DNA of 64,000 bases from Vitrella brassicaformis CCMP3155 (Eukaryota; Protista; Chromerida). The stretch spans positions 100,152 to 164,151 of the forward strand of contig CDMY01000217.1 of the NCBI GenBank assembly GCA_001179505.1, read 5' to 3'. The first letter of the stretch is position 1. The number at the start of each line of letters is the position of its first letter. The translations under genes were made by a program, and so were the position numbers. Below the pieces are notes generated by a model. That model was given only the letters and a program-made list of their open reading frames with translations. It ran no database searches and was not told the DNA's origin. Positions 1-12,779 of this stretch are shown piece after piece.

Positions 1-96
1 GAACGCGTTGGTCCCCCACCGGTATGAAGATGGTAGCGAGTACGATGGCTTGTACGATGGGGAAGCCAATGACCCAGCGGACCGCCACACCAACAA

Positions 97-396
97 NNNN
101 NNNNNNNNNNNNNNNNNNNNNNNNNNNNNNNNNNNNNNNNNNNNNNNNNNNNNNNNNNNNNNNNNNNNNNNNNNNNNNNNNNNNNNNNNNNNNNNNNNNN
201 NNNNNNNNNNNNNNNNNNNNNNNNNNNNNNNNNNNNNNNNNNNNNNNNNNNNNNNNNNNNNNNNNNNNNNNNNNNNNNNNNNNNNNNNNNNNNNNNNNNN
301 NNNNNNNNNNNNNNNNNNNNNNNNNNNNNNNNNNNNNNNNNNNNNNNNNNNNNNNNNNNNNNNNNNNNNNNNNNNNNNNNNNNNNNNNNNNNNNNN
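97..396. other. Assembly gap (300 N). Identical 300-N gaps at 27822-28121, 34472-34771, 36364-36663 and 59840-60139
   Basis: Runs of N of fixed length, i.e. placeholder gaps. Three of the five fall in or next to the repeat family. Confidence 1.
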
Positions 397-1326
397 GGAT
401 CCGTCATCAGCTTCCTCAAATATAAAATGTGGGCAGCGATTGACGTGCCTGTGAGACATCGAAGGAGACACGAACACAACAGATCGCTGATTTATGAGCG
501 CTGTGCACTCGTTCCTGTACCATACACTTCGCCCGGACCAGTGGGCCACAAAAGTACTTCAATACACGGAGCCACCAGGGAAACGGCATACTGAGACCCA
601 CACAGAACCGGATGCATGTAGCTGCTGTGCTGTGTGCGTGTGTGTCAGGGCTGTCTTCCTCTGTCTCCCTCTGTGTGTGCCCGAGTGTTTGTGTGTGTGT
701 GCGTGTGTGTGTGTGCGAGGGGGGGACGAGGTCGCCAAGACACACCACAAATATACTCAGCCGCCGCAATTCAGGGAGATTCCTGAGATCACCGGCAGCA
801 TTTCATGATGCGACCTGCACACACGCATAGACGACATGCGTCCTTGCATCAATTATATTTCATCCGTGCGTGCGGTTCTCTCACGGCAGCCACGAGTGCG
901 AACAGACAGGGGGACACCAAGCCATACTCCCGTGCAATGCATTCATCGAACGTGGTCTGTCTACTTACCACGGGCGGATACCACCTTGCTCACCTTCTAC
1001 AGCGGTAGGTGATGGAAACCTTGCTCACCCTCTACAGACACAGGCGTACACACCGATGGATGGATGGATGGATGGATGGACGGCCGGCTGATCCCCTTCC
1101 TCTCAGTCAGCCACTCACTCACTCACTCACTCACTCACCACACTGAGTTTGCGGCCAGGCGACCATCCCAGGGCCTTGACCACTTGCGACTGCTCCTGCA
1201 CAGCACACAACAAGCGACACACACATCTCCCGCCTCCCTCACACATGCCTATGCGGATGGGTGCAGCGCACACTGACCTCTGCGGTCGGCTGCTCCTCCT
1301 CCTGGATGACCCCTAGGGCCTGCAAC

Positions 1327-1990
1327 TCAGCACCATTGACGAAAGGCCGTCATTGATATGGCAAAGCGGCGATCAAGAGCCTCCTTTCCCCCCCACATCG
1401 CTCGACCGCGCCGCTTGCCATATCGGCTGTTTGGGACAGCCGGCGCAGCATCCGTCTCGGTCGTTTGCAGCTCGAAGCGGATATCGATGAAACGAGGGGG
1501 ACGAGGCGTCGCCGTCATAGCCACAACGCTTTCGATGTTCTCGCCAGCACGGAGCCCACTCGTGAAAACATCTCGAGTCAGCTCCCTTGAGGCATGTATT
1601 GAGTCGATATGACGCTCTGCTACAATGCCCTCGCTTTCGGGAATCTTCTCGGTCATAAGTGGGAAGTCGCGGCAGACATTTTGTCTGAGTGCCAAGCTGC
1701 TCTCGACGGCGTAGGTACGATGTGCCTCAGAGTCTCCATTCCGCCCCTAAGAATAATCTGAATGACGGGGAGAGGTATGAGCTGAACAAAAGCAATACTT
1801 CAGCGTACCGATGGCCGGCCCGCAGGAGACCGTACTTCACCACACGAAAGGCCGACGGTAAGCCATGCGAGTCCCTGATCCGGTAGATCCCGTTCGCGTC
1901 TTGCTGCAGGGACAGGCTCATCGTTCCGTGCAGCACGACGTCTGTCCCTGCAGATGGCTGAATGTCTTGAAAATGGCTTGTATTCACGCT
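1327..1990 (-). pseudogene. Degenerate, frameshifted intronless member of the lineage-specific F-box-like family (C-terminal half)
   Basis: Two adjacent minus-strand ORFs (1727-1987 and 1327-~1745) are offset by one frameshift near 1740-1750. The C-terminal ALDRRFAISMTAFRQW resembles the family ending VDERFPLTMAAVRQLL (39030-39080) and FKRRFPVTTRLARVVL (~3060-3110). Confidence 0.35.
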
Positions 1991-3023
1991 CCTGCAGGCG
2001 ATCGCCGAGCCTGTTCAGCAGGCCCTGCTCCTTCAGGACAGGCGAGACCTCCTCGTGGTAGCTCTTTGGAAAAAACACCCAAAATGCAAGGCCGAGAACG
2101 ATTCAGGGCTTTCAGCGGCAGGGCTTCACGTCAATCTCGAAGCCGATGAAGTGCACCAATGCTGAAAGGGGTGTCGTCTCGACATCCTTCGCGTGAAGGG
2201 CTGATCTGGCGTCAGAATGTCGGTGAGGCTCTGCTCATCCCATGCATGCCGCGACGTGTAAGCCCAGCTTTGCACGGTCCGCCGGGATGCTGCTCAAATC
2301 ATAAGAAAGCTCGTCTCTCCCAGCGCAAAAGGGACAGCGGCGGGGGCTGATGCGTCCACCGCTTGGGGGTCGAAAACGACGAAGACAGCGAGAAAGCGCA
2401 CGAGAAGAGGGCGTCTCGTTTGTGGGAGGAGCAGCAGGCCGTGGAGCCGTAGTGAAGAACAGGGAGCCAAACGTAAGCCAATGTAAGCCTCGAAAATATC
2501 GTGAATCAAGAAAAAGTATGGGGCGTCTAGTGTGGGCGTCTCGGCCGGCGAGAATCAATAATTCTCGACTTCAACCTGGCCAGTTTCGCAGATTTTTGGT
2601 GCGGGAGATGGACGGGCGCTACGGTGCCACGCCTCACGACCGCCGTTGAGCCAAGGCCTTATCGGCCGCAGCAGCATCTTTTTGCGCCGGGGTGATGGAT
2701 CGGTGGGTGGCCATGTGGGTGGCTGTGTTTGTGGCGGTCGATAGAGACGCTGCTCGTGACGTCTTCAGTACTGTAGTACACGAAATGAACACCACCAACA
2801 CAAAACGCAGTAATTGACGCACACAGAGACGAAGACACGCTCATCCCTCCCTCCCTCCCTCCCTCCTGATCCATCCATACATACATACGACAACTGACAC
2901 ATAGAGATGCCCCACACTGGATGGATGCACTGTGTACAGTCTGACAGGCACCCGGGCAAATGCGGACAAAAAGCAATTTCGTTTGCACTGATGGTTCGCC
3001 TGCATATGCACGCACCTATCCGT

Positions 3024-4356
3024 CTATCTGTCGAACACCATGGCTGATACGACCGGCCCCAACACCACACGCGCCAGCCGAGTCGTCACCGGGAAGCGGC
3101 GCTTGAACGCAACACCCACACCATCAGACACATCCGGCTCGGTCGTGTACACATCAACACTCACTGCCGACAACCGACAACACCAAACACAGCAGATGGC
3201 ACATGCAACTCATGCCGAGAGAGAGGTTTGTGCTGACCCGTGAAGGTGTTGTAGACGTCCTTGATAGTGATCCACGCGACGAAGGGATGGCTGCTGTCGG
3301 TCAGCACGAGACGGCGGCACGAAACCGTGCCGGCACAGCGTGACGCTGTCGTAGTGCATCCTTCAACTGGTGCGTGGGGGGACTGCCTGAGGAGGGTGTG
3401 CAGCCGATCGTTGCCCGCAAACCTGACGAATTACCGGACGCACAACAGACGCATCACAGGAACATTTAAAGGCCCGCGTGTCATGATCGCATCCTACTAA
3501 GGACTCACCTGTCGATTACTTTGGTCGTCAAGCTGGTCTGGTGGGAGTCACGGAAGTGGCAGATGACGATGCCCTTGGCGAACGACGACACAGACGAGTT
3601 CACGATCGAATAACGACCCCCCAGCCGCACCCAGCCTGTATCCTCTGAGTAGGTGATCCTGCTGCTGACTGGCGGGTTGTGGTCCTGTCCGTGTCGCTGG
3701 TACACGTCACCGACAAAGCCGTCGAACTCGAAGCCGTCCTGGTCTCTGATGGCCCGCAGCCTCTCGCCGTCCTGGAACAACTGGAAGGTCACGCTGTTGC
3801 CGAAGTTGATGTGGCGGCCGACCATACATAGGTGAGACAGCATACGTGGCTCGGCCAAATACGCCTGCACACCCAAGACATGAACACAGGACCACACACA
3901 CGATGAGAGCCATCCCGTTCCTCTCTTGTCTTTGCTTACCGTCTTGTGTGGGTATTGGTGCAGATCATCAGCAGTGAGGGTGACGGGAAGCTGGCAGCAA
4001 CCGCACTGCCCCGCCAGCTCAATCACCTCGCAGATCTCTCCCCAGCCGCCCAACTCAATCACACACACTGCCGCCAGCAGCTCAGCCACACCCAACTGCT
4101 CATCGTCGAACGTCAGCAGCTGTATTGTTGGCCGTCCGTTGGCCGTTCGCCGCAGCCCCGCCTGTGTGCCGAGAGAGTGGCCGAGCCGCTGCCGCAGCTG
4201 AGGCGCTCCGAAGAGGTCGCTCAGCCATGTGCAAACTGCCCTCAGACGCAGGACGTCACCGACACTGAGCAGATAGAAGTTGCGCCGGCCGACGAAGATG
4301 TAAGTGAAGGGTTGCTGCTCCTGCTGCTGCTGAGAGTGCTGCATGCCTGGCAGCAT
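3024..4356 (-). CDS. Lineage-specific (Vitrella-type) protein with N-terminal F-box-like motif, 4 exons
   Basis: Exons join in frame at GT-AG sites: MLPGMQHSQQ..LSVGDVLRLRAVCTWLSDLF..YPHKT | AYLAEPRMLSHL..TTKVIDR | FAGNDRLHTLL..VYNTFT | VSVSVDVYTTEP..RFPVTTRLARVVLGPVVSAMVFDR, stop TAG at 3024-3026. Start codon uncertain. Confidence 0.7.
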
Positions 4357-4772
4357 CCCTTGCTCGCCAATTGGAGGGTCTGGAGGGCCGCAACGGGCTG
4401 GTCCGTTCTCCTGTACGGGCTTTGAGTCTGAGCCCCAAGAGATTCTGCATGCTGGTGTATGCTGATGACAAAGCGAAGGGCCGAAAGCGATAGCTGATGC
4501 GTCTGGGACAGCTTCGAACCCGCCAAATCGCTCGGAAAGTCTGTGGGGGCGTGGGGGCTGACTCGGAGACGCCAATCGGCTCGCGGTTGGAGGGAGCAAT
4601 CATGGTGGAAGGCGGCTGTGTGAAAGGAAGCGACGAGCCCAAGTCGGTGCTCCCGCCACATCCCTCTACCCTGCTCTTCCCGCCTCCCTTCAGCTGACAC
4701 AGGTGCTGATCAGCACACCCACAGTGTCACCCCGCCAGCCGCACACAGGACGGCACTGACAGATAGACCGTC

Positions 4773-7732
4773 ATGTGTGAGAACGGCTGGCTGGCCAAGT
4801 GGGTGCGGGATGACCCGCAGACGTGGAGCAACGTGCGAGTGCAGGTGGGTGAGTCAGGCAGAAGGACGGCAGAAGCGACACTCACACACACACAAACTCA
4901 CACACACATGCATCGATTCATCTGGCCCATTCCCGTGTGTGTGCTGCAGGGGATGGGCGGCGAGAGAGGTCGCGGTCTGGTGTGCATCAAGCGGGTGAGC
5001 AAGGGGGCGACGGTGCTGGAGGACAGCACACCCATCGTCACACTCCAGCACCACTACAGCAGGTACACTGACAGTATGCCACCACTGGACGGCGTAGGCA
5101 TTCACACCGGTGATGCGGGTCACATATAAGTGTCGGCGTGTTGTGATGTCAGGCGCTGCTGCGTTGCTTGTGCGGTGTGTCGGCGTGTGGTCGATGACTT
5201 CGAAACCCAGACCGACCGAATCCTCAGCAAGTAGGTACCTCCACAGCATAGGACGCCGTCCACACCACACCGCCCTGCCTCTTCTTTATCCGCAGTGTGG
5301 GTCAGCGGCTGCACGTCGACCACCCCGATGTGTGGCGTGCGGCCCACCAGGTGCCGCTGCTCATGCACAAGGGGGACATCCCCCTGACCTCACCGCCAAT
5401 CCCTCCGCCGCCTGTGGCGGCCGCACACACACACTCATCCGCAATGTCAGTGTCGACCGCCTCGTCGTCGGCAGCGGCGGAGTGGACGTACTGCGAGAGG
5501 GGGTGTGGGGAGGTCTTCTGCAGCAAGAGATGCAAGAAGGTACGGACACTGACACACACACATGGACGGAAGGCCCCCTGGCTCTCTGTGTGTGTGGACG
5601 AGTGGCTGGGATTGTGTGGTGCGTCAGATTGCGTGGGGTGTGTATGCCGATGTGCCGCACCCCCACCGCATTCTGTGTGTCGACCTGCCGGCCGACAAAC
5701 AGGACGCCTGGGAAGAGTTCAAGAGGTCTCACACATCCACACGCAATGAAGCAGCCAGCGACACACACGTGTATTCCCTCCCTCTCCCTCTCCCTCTCTC
5801 CGTGTGTGTGTGTGTGTGTGTGCAGCCACGCGTTGCGGACATACGAGTACTTCCAGCTAGCGGCATCGGTGTACGCCGTCATCATGTTCAACGTGACCTA
5901 CGGCCGGATGGCCCTCGAGGACGCCATGCAAGAGATGCTGCTCTTCGCTGGCAAATCATGGTACATCCATCCATCCATCCCCCACACACACACTGACACA
6001 CACATCTCGTGTGTGTGTGTGTGTGTGTGGTAGGCCTGAATTGCTGGACGTGCCCCTGTTGGCTGGGGGCGAGCATGTGACCGTCACGGAGGCCGATGAG
6101 TACAAGAGAAAGCGACAGGAGGCGTAAGAGAGCGACTGACCCGACAGCAGACGGAACACCCATACACACAGGCATGAGCGGACTTGTGAATGCAGGCTGG
6201 AAGAGTCGCTGCGTCTGCTCAAGGCCGCACTATACGACGTAAGCCACACACCACCCACACACACACGCAGTGGGAGGGGGAGAAAGAAGAAAGCAGCGAG
6301 AAGCCACTCATTTGTCTATGAGTGGTGCTCTCTGTGTGTGCGTGTCTGTCACAGCCTGGTAGTTGTTTCGGCCCGCTATTCACAGTGGATGTGTACTCCC
6401 GGGTGGTCGGCCAGCTGGACCTCACCTGCGCCGCCGTGCAGCTCACCAATCCCCTCAGTGCGGCCGTCGACACCATCATGACCTCCCACCAACAGCAGCA
6501 GCACGAGACGGCCCTCTCCACACCCACACACAGAAACAGACACAGAGGCAGCAGCAGGAGGTCAGTGATGGGCATACCACATGGAAGGCACAAAGGCCCA
6601 TCCCCCGTCTCTCTCTGTGTGTGTGTGTGTGTGTGTGTGTGGCTGGCAGTGTGTGGCCGTCATCGATGTCCTTCGCGTCGCTGCTGCTCCGCGGCACAGC
6701 TGAGAGTGAGCCCAAGACGCCCAAGACGCCCTCGTCCGCCTGGAGTGACGGCAACTCGTCCACGTCGGCGTCATGGGAGTACCCCGAGGACACCTTCGCA
6801 CGCACAGTCAAGCCGGTCGGTCAGCCATGTACCACAACAAACAAACAAACAGATGGATGGATGGATGTGTGTGTGTGTGTCTTCAGCTGCTGGGCGTGCT
6901 GGCTCGTGTGGTGCGCGAGCGGCGGGATGAGTACAACGCCATGCAGGGCAGCCTCTTCCCGCCGGAAATGAACACCGATGGTGCGTGGGGATGGTCGAGT
7001 CTCTCTCCCTCCCTTAGGCCATATGTCTGTTGTGGGGGTGTGTCAGATGGCACTGAGGATCTCTCGTCTTTCCCGGACTTTGAGGGCGTCGCCGTCTTCA
7101 AATCGTTAGCCCACCACCCGTCCCCCCACACCACTGCCACCACACCCACACAGCTGCTCCCGCTCTGTCCGTCTGTCTGTCTGTCCGTCTGTCTGTCTGT
7201 CTGTCTGTCAGTGTGTCTTTTCTGAACCATTCCTGCGACCCCACAGTCGATGTGGTCTTCGGCAGGGACACCTCGGTGCGTGTGGTGGCGAGGGGCGACA
7301 TGCGCATGGGCAGCGAGTGCCTCATGAGCTACACGGGGTGCACTGAGGACAACAGCGACCTCAGCCGGAGGCAGCACACACTGCTCTACGACTACAAGTT
7401 CCTCTGCACCTGCGCCACGTGCAGATCACAGGTGAGGTGCGGCAGCCCACCACACGCACCACGCCAAATGCCGCCAGTGTGTGTCCATTCGTTCGTTCAC
7501 GCAGGCAGCCGACATTATGTGCCGCCGTCGCGCGGCTGCAGGGGGCAACACCAGCGGCCCATCGTCATCGGCAGCGTCGTCACTGCCAGTGCTGCTGCCA
7601 GCGACGCCTGTGGTGCCGCCCACCGCTGCACAGGTGGAGGCGGCCCAGCGGGTCGTCGCTGAGGTGCAGCACCAACAACGCGCCAACAGCAGCAAGACCA
7701 ACAAGGCAAAGAAGAAAAAACGCAAGACATAG
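4773..7732 (+). CDS. SMYD-family SET/MYND-like protein lysine methyltransferase, multi-exon
   Basis: The N-SET strand GRGLVCIKRVSKGATVL is followed by a split Cys cluster (ACAVCRR ... YCERGCGEVFCSKRC). The C-SET has FLNHSCDPTV..VVARGDMRMGSECLMSY and the post-SET RRQHTLLYDYKFLCTCATC. A basic tail KAKKKKRKT ends at the stop at 7732. Confidence 0.88.
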
Positions 7733-8776
7733 ACACAAGGAGAGAGAGAGAGAGAGGGAGGGAGGGAGAGGGGTGCGTCTGTGCAGGAGGGTATCTGTAA
7801 GCGTAATGGGGCGAGGTCGGTCGCTGCTTAGTGGAGGGTAGTAGGGACGGGCCGGCAGGGAGAGAGAGAGGGAAGGGGGGAGGGAGGGAGGGAACGGGGA
7901 TGTTTGGATCTAGGTCACCTTTTGCTGCTCGACTCGATCGGCTTTTGCTGTTTTGCCACCTTTCGCCTTTACCAAGGCCGCCATCCACCCCGTGCATTCT
8001 GGCTGCATGCCACGCGGCCGATTTTCCGACGAGAGAGTATGGCCGCGGTCAGTTTTCCTAACAGCCTTGCCGTTTTGTCGTATTGGTGCGTGTCGATACA
8101 TAATTCGCACGTGGCATTCACGCATTTCCATGTGTGTGTGCGCGTGTGTGTGTGTGTGTGTGGTTGCCCCCTCCCTCCATCCCTCCCTCCATTGTGGATG
8201 CACGCAGAGATGGTGGCGCGATTTTCCTCTCCTCTCACGCCCCACCATCCATCCGTCCATCCGTCCCCTCCGCTTGGTTGCATGCTTACGGTTGTCTATC
8301 TAAGTGTCTGTTCTGTGGCTGACTGCTCTGCTCTGCCTCTGTCCACTTTGTCTCTCTCTCTGTTGTGGTTAGCAACTACTTGCTGTGTGCGAGTGGCGTG
8401 GCGTACACACACGCATGCCTGAATTCGTTGAGCTTTGCGCCGATCCTTCTCTCCCTCCTCTCTCTGTGTGCTCTGCAGTGATGAGCCAATGGGTTGCCCA
8501 CTTATTTGTTGGTTGCATCATTTCTGTGTGTGAGAGTGTGTGCAGTGTATGCGGGTGGACTCAGACGCACCAGCGAGATCACATGCAGTCAATATCTATC
8601 ATGAATAATGCTATTCTGTCTGACTCGTCAGTCACTGGGGTTGATCAATCAATCAAAGCCCCGCAACACGCAGTCGAGAGGCCACAGAAGCTCAGCTGCT
8701 CTGCTTGGGAATCTATCCATTTTGTTTGTCCGACACTATCAGCCAAGGAAGACTGTCTGTCTGCGCGCGTCATGCG

Positions 8777-11112
8777 TCAGTCGATTTCTTGACGCTTTCC
8801 TGAAGTGTCCTCTCCAAGTCCCTCATGGCCTCATCCAACACCTGCACACCACACGCCGCACGAAGACACAGACAACCAACCACAATGAAATACACGCGCA
8901 TTCACACACTCGTGCGTACCTCTTCGCTGACGATAGGCGCTGCCCGTCTGGGCCGGACCACTCTGAAGCTCTCAAATGACGACCCACTGGGCCTGCTGCT
9001 GCTCTCCATGCTACTGCTGCTGCTGCTGCTGCTGCTGGCATTGCTCGCATGTTTGTCTGGCGGGGCTGTATGGTGTCGCAATGGGGCGGGGCGGTCACGA
9101 GAGAAATCTGACACACACAAGGAAGGGGCACAAAGCGCATATCATAGCAGGTAGAAATGTGCCAGCCGCGCGTTCTTTCTCTCACCAAATGTCACATAGG
9201 TGTCGTCATCTGCTGCTCCATCGTCGGCCGCTGCCGAGGTGGGCATCGTTGTCGTCGCGTGTTGGCGGCTGTGTGTGCCTAGCGCCCTCCTGCTCTTGCG
9301 GCCGCCCCCTGCTGCTGCTGCTGCTGCTGCTGGCGCATGATCAGGAGGGTGTGATACCTGGCAGACATACAGACAGACAACAGACAGACAGACAGACAGA
9401 CGGAAATGCAGAGATATAGAAGTGATTGTGTGGTTCCGTGGACGGATGTGTGCCCACCTGGCCTCTTCCCATGCCCAGATTGCTCCACGACGGCCGGCCT
9501 CTGCAAGTGGTCGAGTGAACGGGAGAATGCATCGAATGCGACACATGCATACCTCTTGTGGCGTTGTGACTGGCTGTCGGCCGCATCTGCTGCTGTGGCT
9601 GCTGCTGCTAGTGGCCTCTCGTCATGGCCACCCACACTTCCCCTCTGTCTGCCGCTCTCAGCAATCATCATCATGTGTGCAGAGGACCACTCTGTTTGAC
9701 AGACACCCACACACAGAGGACAGCCAGCAGAGTGAGAGACAGAGGGAGCCATTTTCTCTCTACCTGTGTGTGGGTCGTCATCGATGAGGCCATGTTGAGC
9801 GTCAGCAGCATCGGCTGAGTCAGCGAGGAGGGGCACAGGCGTCGGCGGCGGGATGGCCGCCGTGTCGTACTGGTAATCCATCAACAGACCTATGTCCTAT
9901 CCTCCACACACAAAGACACGCACAGCCGTCCGTCTCTCTGTCCGCCAATGCACCCACTGACCGACCTCCTTAGTGAGCTGCAGCACATCGTCAGGCCGCG
10001 CCTTCATCAGAGCCGACCACATCCGACGCTCACGCTTGCGCATGAAGCTGCACACAACACAACACACCGGCCCTTGTGCGTGTGTGTGTGTCGACGTGTG
10101 CTCGTCGCGAGCCTCTGACTTGATGGCGGCAATCCAGGAAATGAAGCAGAAGTTCTGCCAGTGAGGCCGACCTGTTTGCACACAGACACACGCATAAACA
10201 AACACCCACACAGTGTGTGAGGGGGAGGAGCTTCCCACCACACGCACGCTAATTACCAGCTTCGCATCTCATCTCCTGCAGCTCAAAATACGACCGAACC
10301 AGACCCTACACACACCGACAGACACAGACAGACACAGACAGAGAGAGAGAGAGAGAGAGGGTGCAGTCATCCGTCCAGCGTCGATTGTTGTTTGTTTGTG
10401 TTGCCGACCTCGTTGATGCGTATGATGGCTGGGTGCATCTTGGCCTCCTTCATCTCCTCCAGTATCAACAACGCCTGGACAGTCAGTGCACCCAGGAATG
10501 CGACGAGCGTTCGTGACTGAATGCGCCGAGTGTGCAGACCTGTTCGCTTCTGTGTCTGTGTGAGAGAATGAATCCGTGCAGCTTCAGCGTGTAAGTCGCC
10601 TCGTCCAGCAGCATATTCTGACTCCTGCCGGCACACATGATACCAACACACACGCAACCACTCATATGCTGCCCTCATCGCAATAGCCTCGCCGCTCACT
10701 CACTTCATCTGCTCGAAGAGTCTTTCCCATTCGCACCAGTCCCTCTCAACGATGGCCCGCCACAGTCGCCAATAATACGTCATCTTGCTCTCTGCCCTCA
10801 CCTAATCCACGCACGCACACACACACACACACATACAGACCAGACAGGCATACACAGATCCATGATGAGTGCAGATGGCTGCCTCTCCCGCCTACACACC
10901 TTCATGTGCTTGCCCTCTCTGTCGACCTTGACAGGAGCCTTCACAGCCTTCCTGTGATGGGCTGATGGGTAGATGGTTAGATCAGCACGTTGACTCAACA
11001 TCGGCGGCAGGCGATGCCGCAACAACGCGCGACTCCTCGTCAGCTGCGGGCTGCCATGCGATAGGGCAAGGCCAGAAGCACTGCAGACCATCTTTCTCAT
11101 CTCCTGATCCAT
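8777..11112 (-). CDS. Hypothetical protein with PPR-like helical repeats and low-complexity C-terminus, ~12 exons
   Basis: Spliced exons read MDQEMRKMVCSASGLAL..KHMK | VRAESKMTYYWRLWRAIVERDWCEWERLFEQMK | SQNMLLDEATYTLKLHGFILSHRHRSEQ | ALLILEEMKEAKMHPAIIRINE | GLVRSYFELQEMRCEA | GRPHWQNFCFISW.. | ..VLDEAMRGLGEDTSGKRQEID, stop TGA at 8777-8779. The PPR resemblance is by eye only. Confidence 0.6.
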
Positions 11113-11502
11113 TGCGAGCTTAGCCGGGAGATGTGTTATGTGGTTGAGTGGATGAGTGGACGTGTTCGATGAGGGGCGGGTGGGCAAGACATCAACAGAC
11201 ACACAGATGTGATAAGCTTTGCATGGCGAGTCCACTGGTTGATAAACAGAGGACGGATGTGCACACCCTCTTGTGGTGCCGTCCATCCATCCATCCAGCC
11301 AGCCAGCCAGTCAGTCCATCCCATTATATACACACACCAAATGCGGCTCCCAAATCGTCTAATCCCCTCTGCTACACCACATGCACCATGCACTCGGTTT
11401 GTTTATGTGAGGCATACAAAAGCGAATCGAACCTCCATAAAGCACTCATCTCATCTCACGCCAAATCGAAACATCCCCCCCTTCCTCACCTGCTATTCCC
11501 CA

Positions 11503-12356
11503 TCACGTCACGTGAAGCACCTCTATCTCATCCGCCATGAAGTAATTCTTAAACGACCCGCCCAGCCGAGCATGGCCACCGGCATCCCTCTTCCCCGTGT
11601 AGCCCTCAGGCACATAGTCGCTGGGAATGCGCTGTGCACAGCTGCGGATGTCGGCAGCTGGCTGGTCACTGTGCTCGTCGTCACCCAGAGCCAGCCAATC
11701 ACCGATTCTCACACTCCCACGATCCCGCGCACTCCCCTCCCTCCCCTCCCTCCCCGCCACCGTCACCCACTCATCCTCTCGGTCGATGTCGATCTTGGTC
11801 GGCGTGTCGAAGTGGCCGGTCAGCGAAAACCACCACAGGTCACAGTCGTACTCGTGCATGCCGGTCGGAGTGTCAGGCAGCATCAGACCGCAGTTAATGA
11901 AGGCGCCGAAGACATACTTGTCCTTTCTGATTACAAACACGAGAGGCTCTGCGTCGCCCACACTGTCCAGCAGGTCATCGTAAGTGGTGCCGTTCACCGA
12001 CGACCTACGGCCCCCCCCCGCACACACACACACACACACACACGCGCAGATCTCTCTCTCTCTCCCTTTGTGTGTGTGTGTGTAATTGCATACCGGTACA
12101 GGGAGGTGATATTGAGTTCTGTGCCATTGTCACTGCCCATCAAGTCGAGCAGCCCCTGATACTCTGACGCAGACAACGACGTGCCGTCAGGCGGGGACAC
12201 CTGCTGCTGCACTCGACGGACCTGCACACAAGGCACAGCCACAGAGCGGATGACTAATCTAATGAATGAAGGGCCACAGCCTACCAGATGGGCCTCCGTC
12301 CACGCCAAGCTGAGAGTCACCATCAGCAGTGCAGCACACCTGCAGTGCCGTGCCAT
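11503..12356 (-). CDS. Signal peptide + single TLDc domain protein (3 exons: 12356-12285, 12221-12094, 12004-11503)
   Basis: MARHCRCAALLMVTLSLAWTEAHL | VRRVQQQVSPPDGTSLSASEYQGLLDLMG..SLYR | SSVNGTTYDDLLDSVGDAEPLVFVIRKDKYVFGAFIN..WWFSLTGHFDTPTK..FMADEIEVLHVT*. Exon phases are consistent. TLDc hallmarks present: LYR-x-S-x2-G, vFGaf, FsL, F-x-adeiEVl. Confidence 0.85.
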
Positions 12357-12779
12357 CGCGTCGACGAAAGAAAGTCTTTGTCGTCAGTCTAGCCACAGGC
12401 AGCCTGATGAACAAGACAGCAGTGAGCGAGACGACGGGAGTGAGCACACCACCTGGGAGGAGAGAGAGATCTGCTTTTCGCAGCGGTTTCAGGGAGCACC
12501 CTAGGCGGCCTGACAAAATCTGCTTGTCACCTCGAGTTCAGACAACCGATCCATCTGTGTCTTCCGACTTCCTCCGGCCAGATTTGTCGTCAGTCGTCCA
12601 CTTTGGCCTCGTCGGTGAGGTCGGCGGCAGAGATGCGCACGCGGCGAGTCACTCAGGTGAGCGAGGGAGGGAGGGAGGCCTCGTGCGCCGCCATGTAAGG
12701 CGGCTGCTCGGCTCTGTGTGCTGTGCTACAGATGTCTGTCTGTCTGTTGGTGACTGAGTCAGTGAGTGAGTGTCCGTGA

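Noticed and set aside
8-810. Coding gene across the first gap
   Set aside because: Only ~30 codons precede the N-run and the frames after it are ambiguous, so a product cannot be supported.
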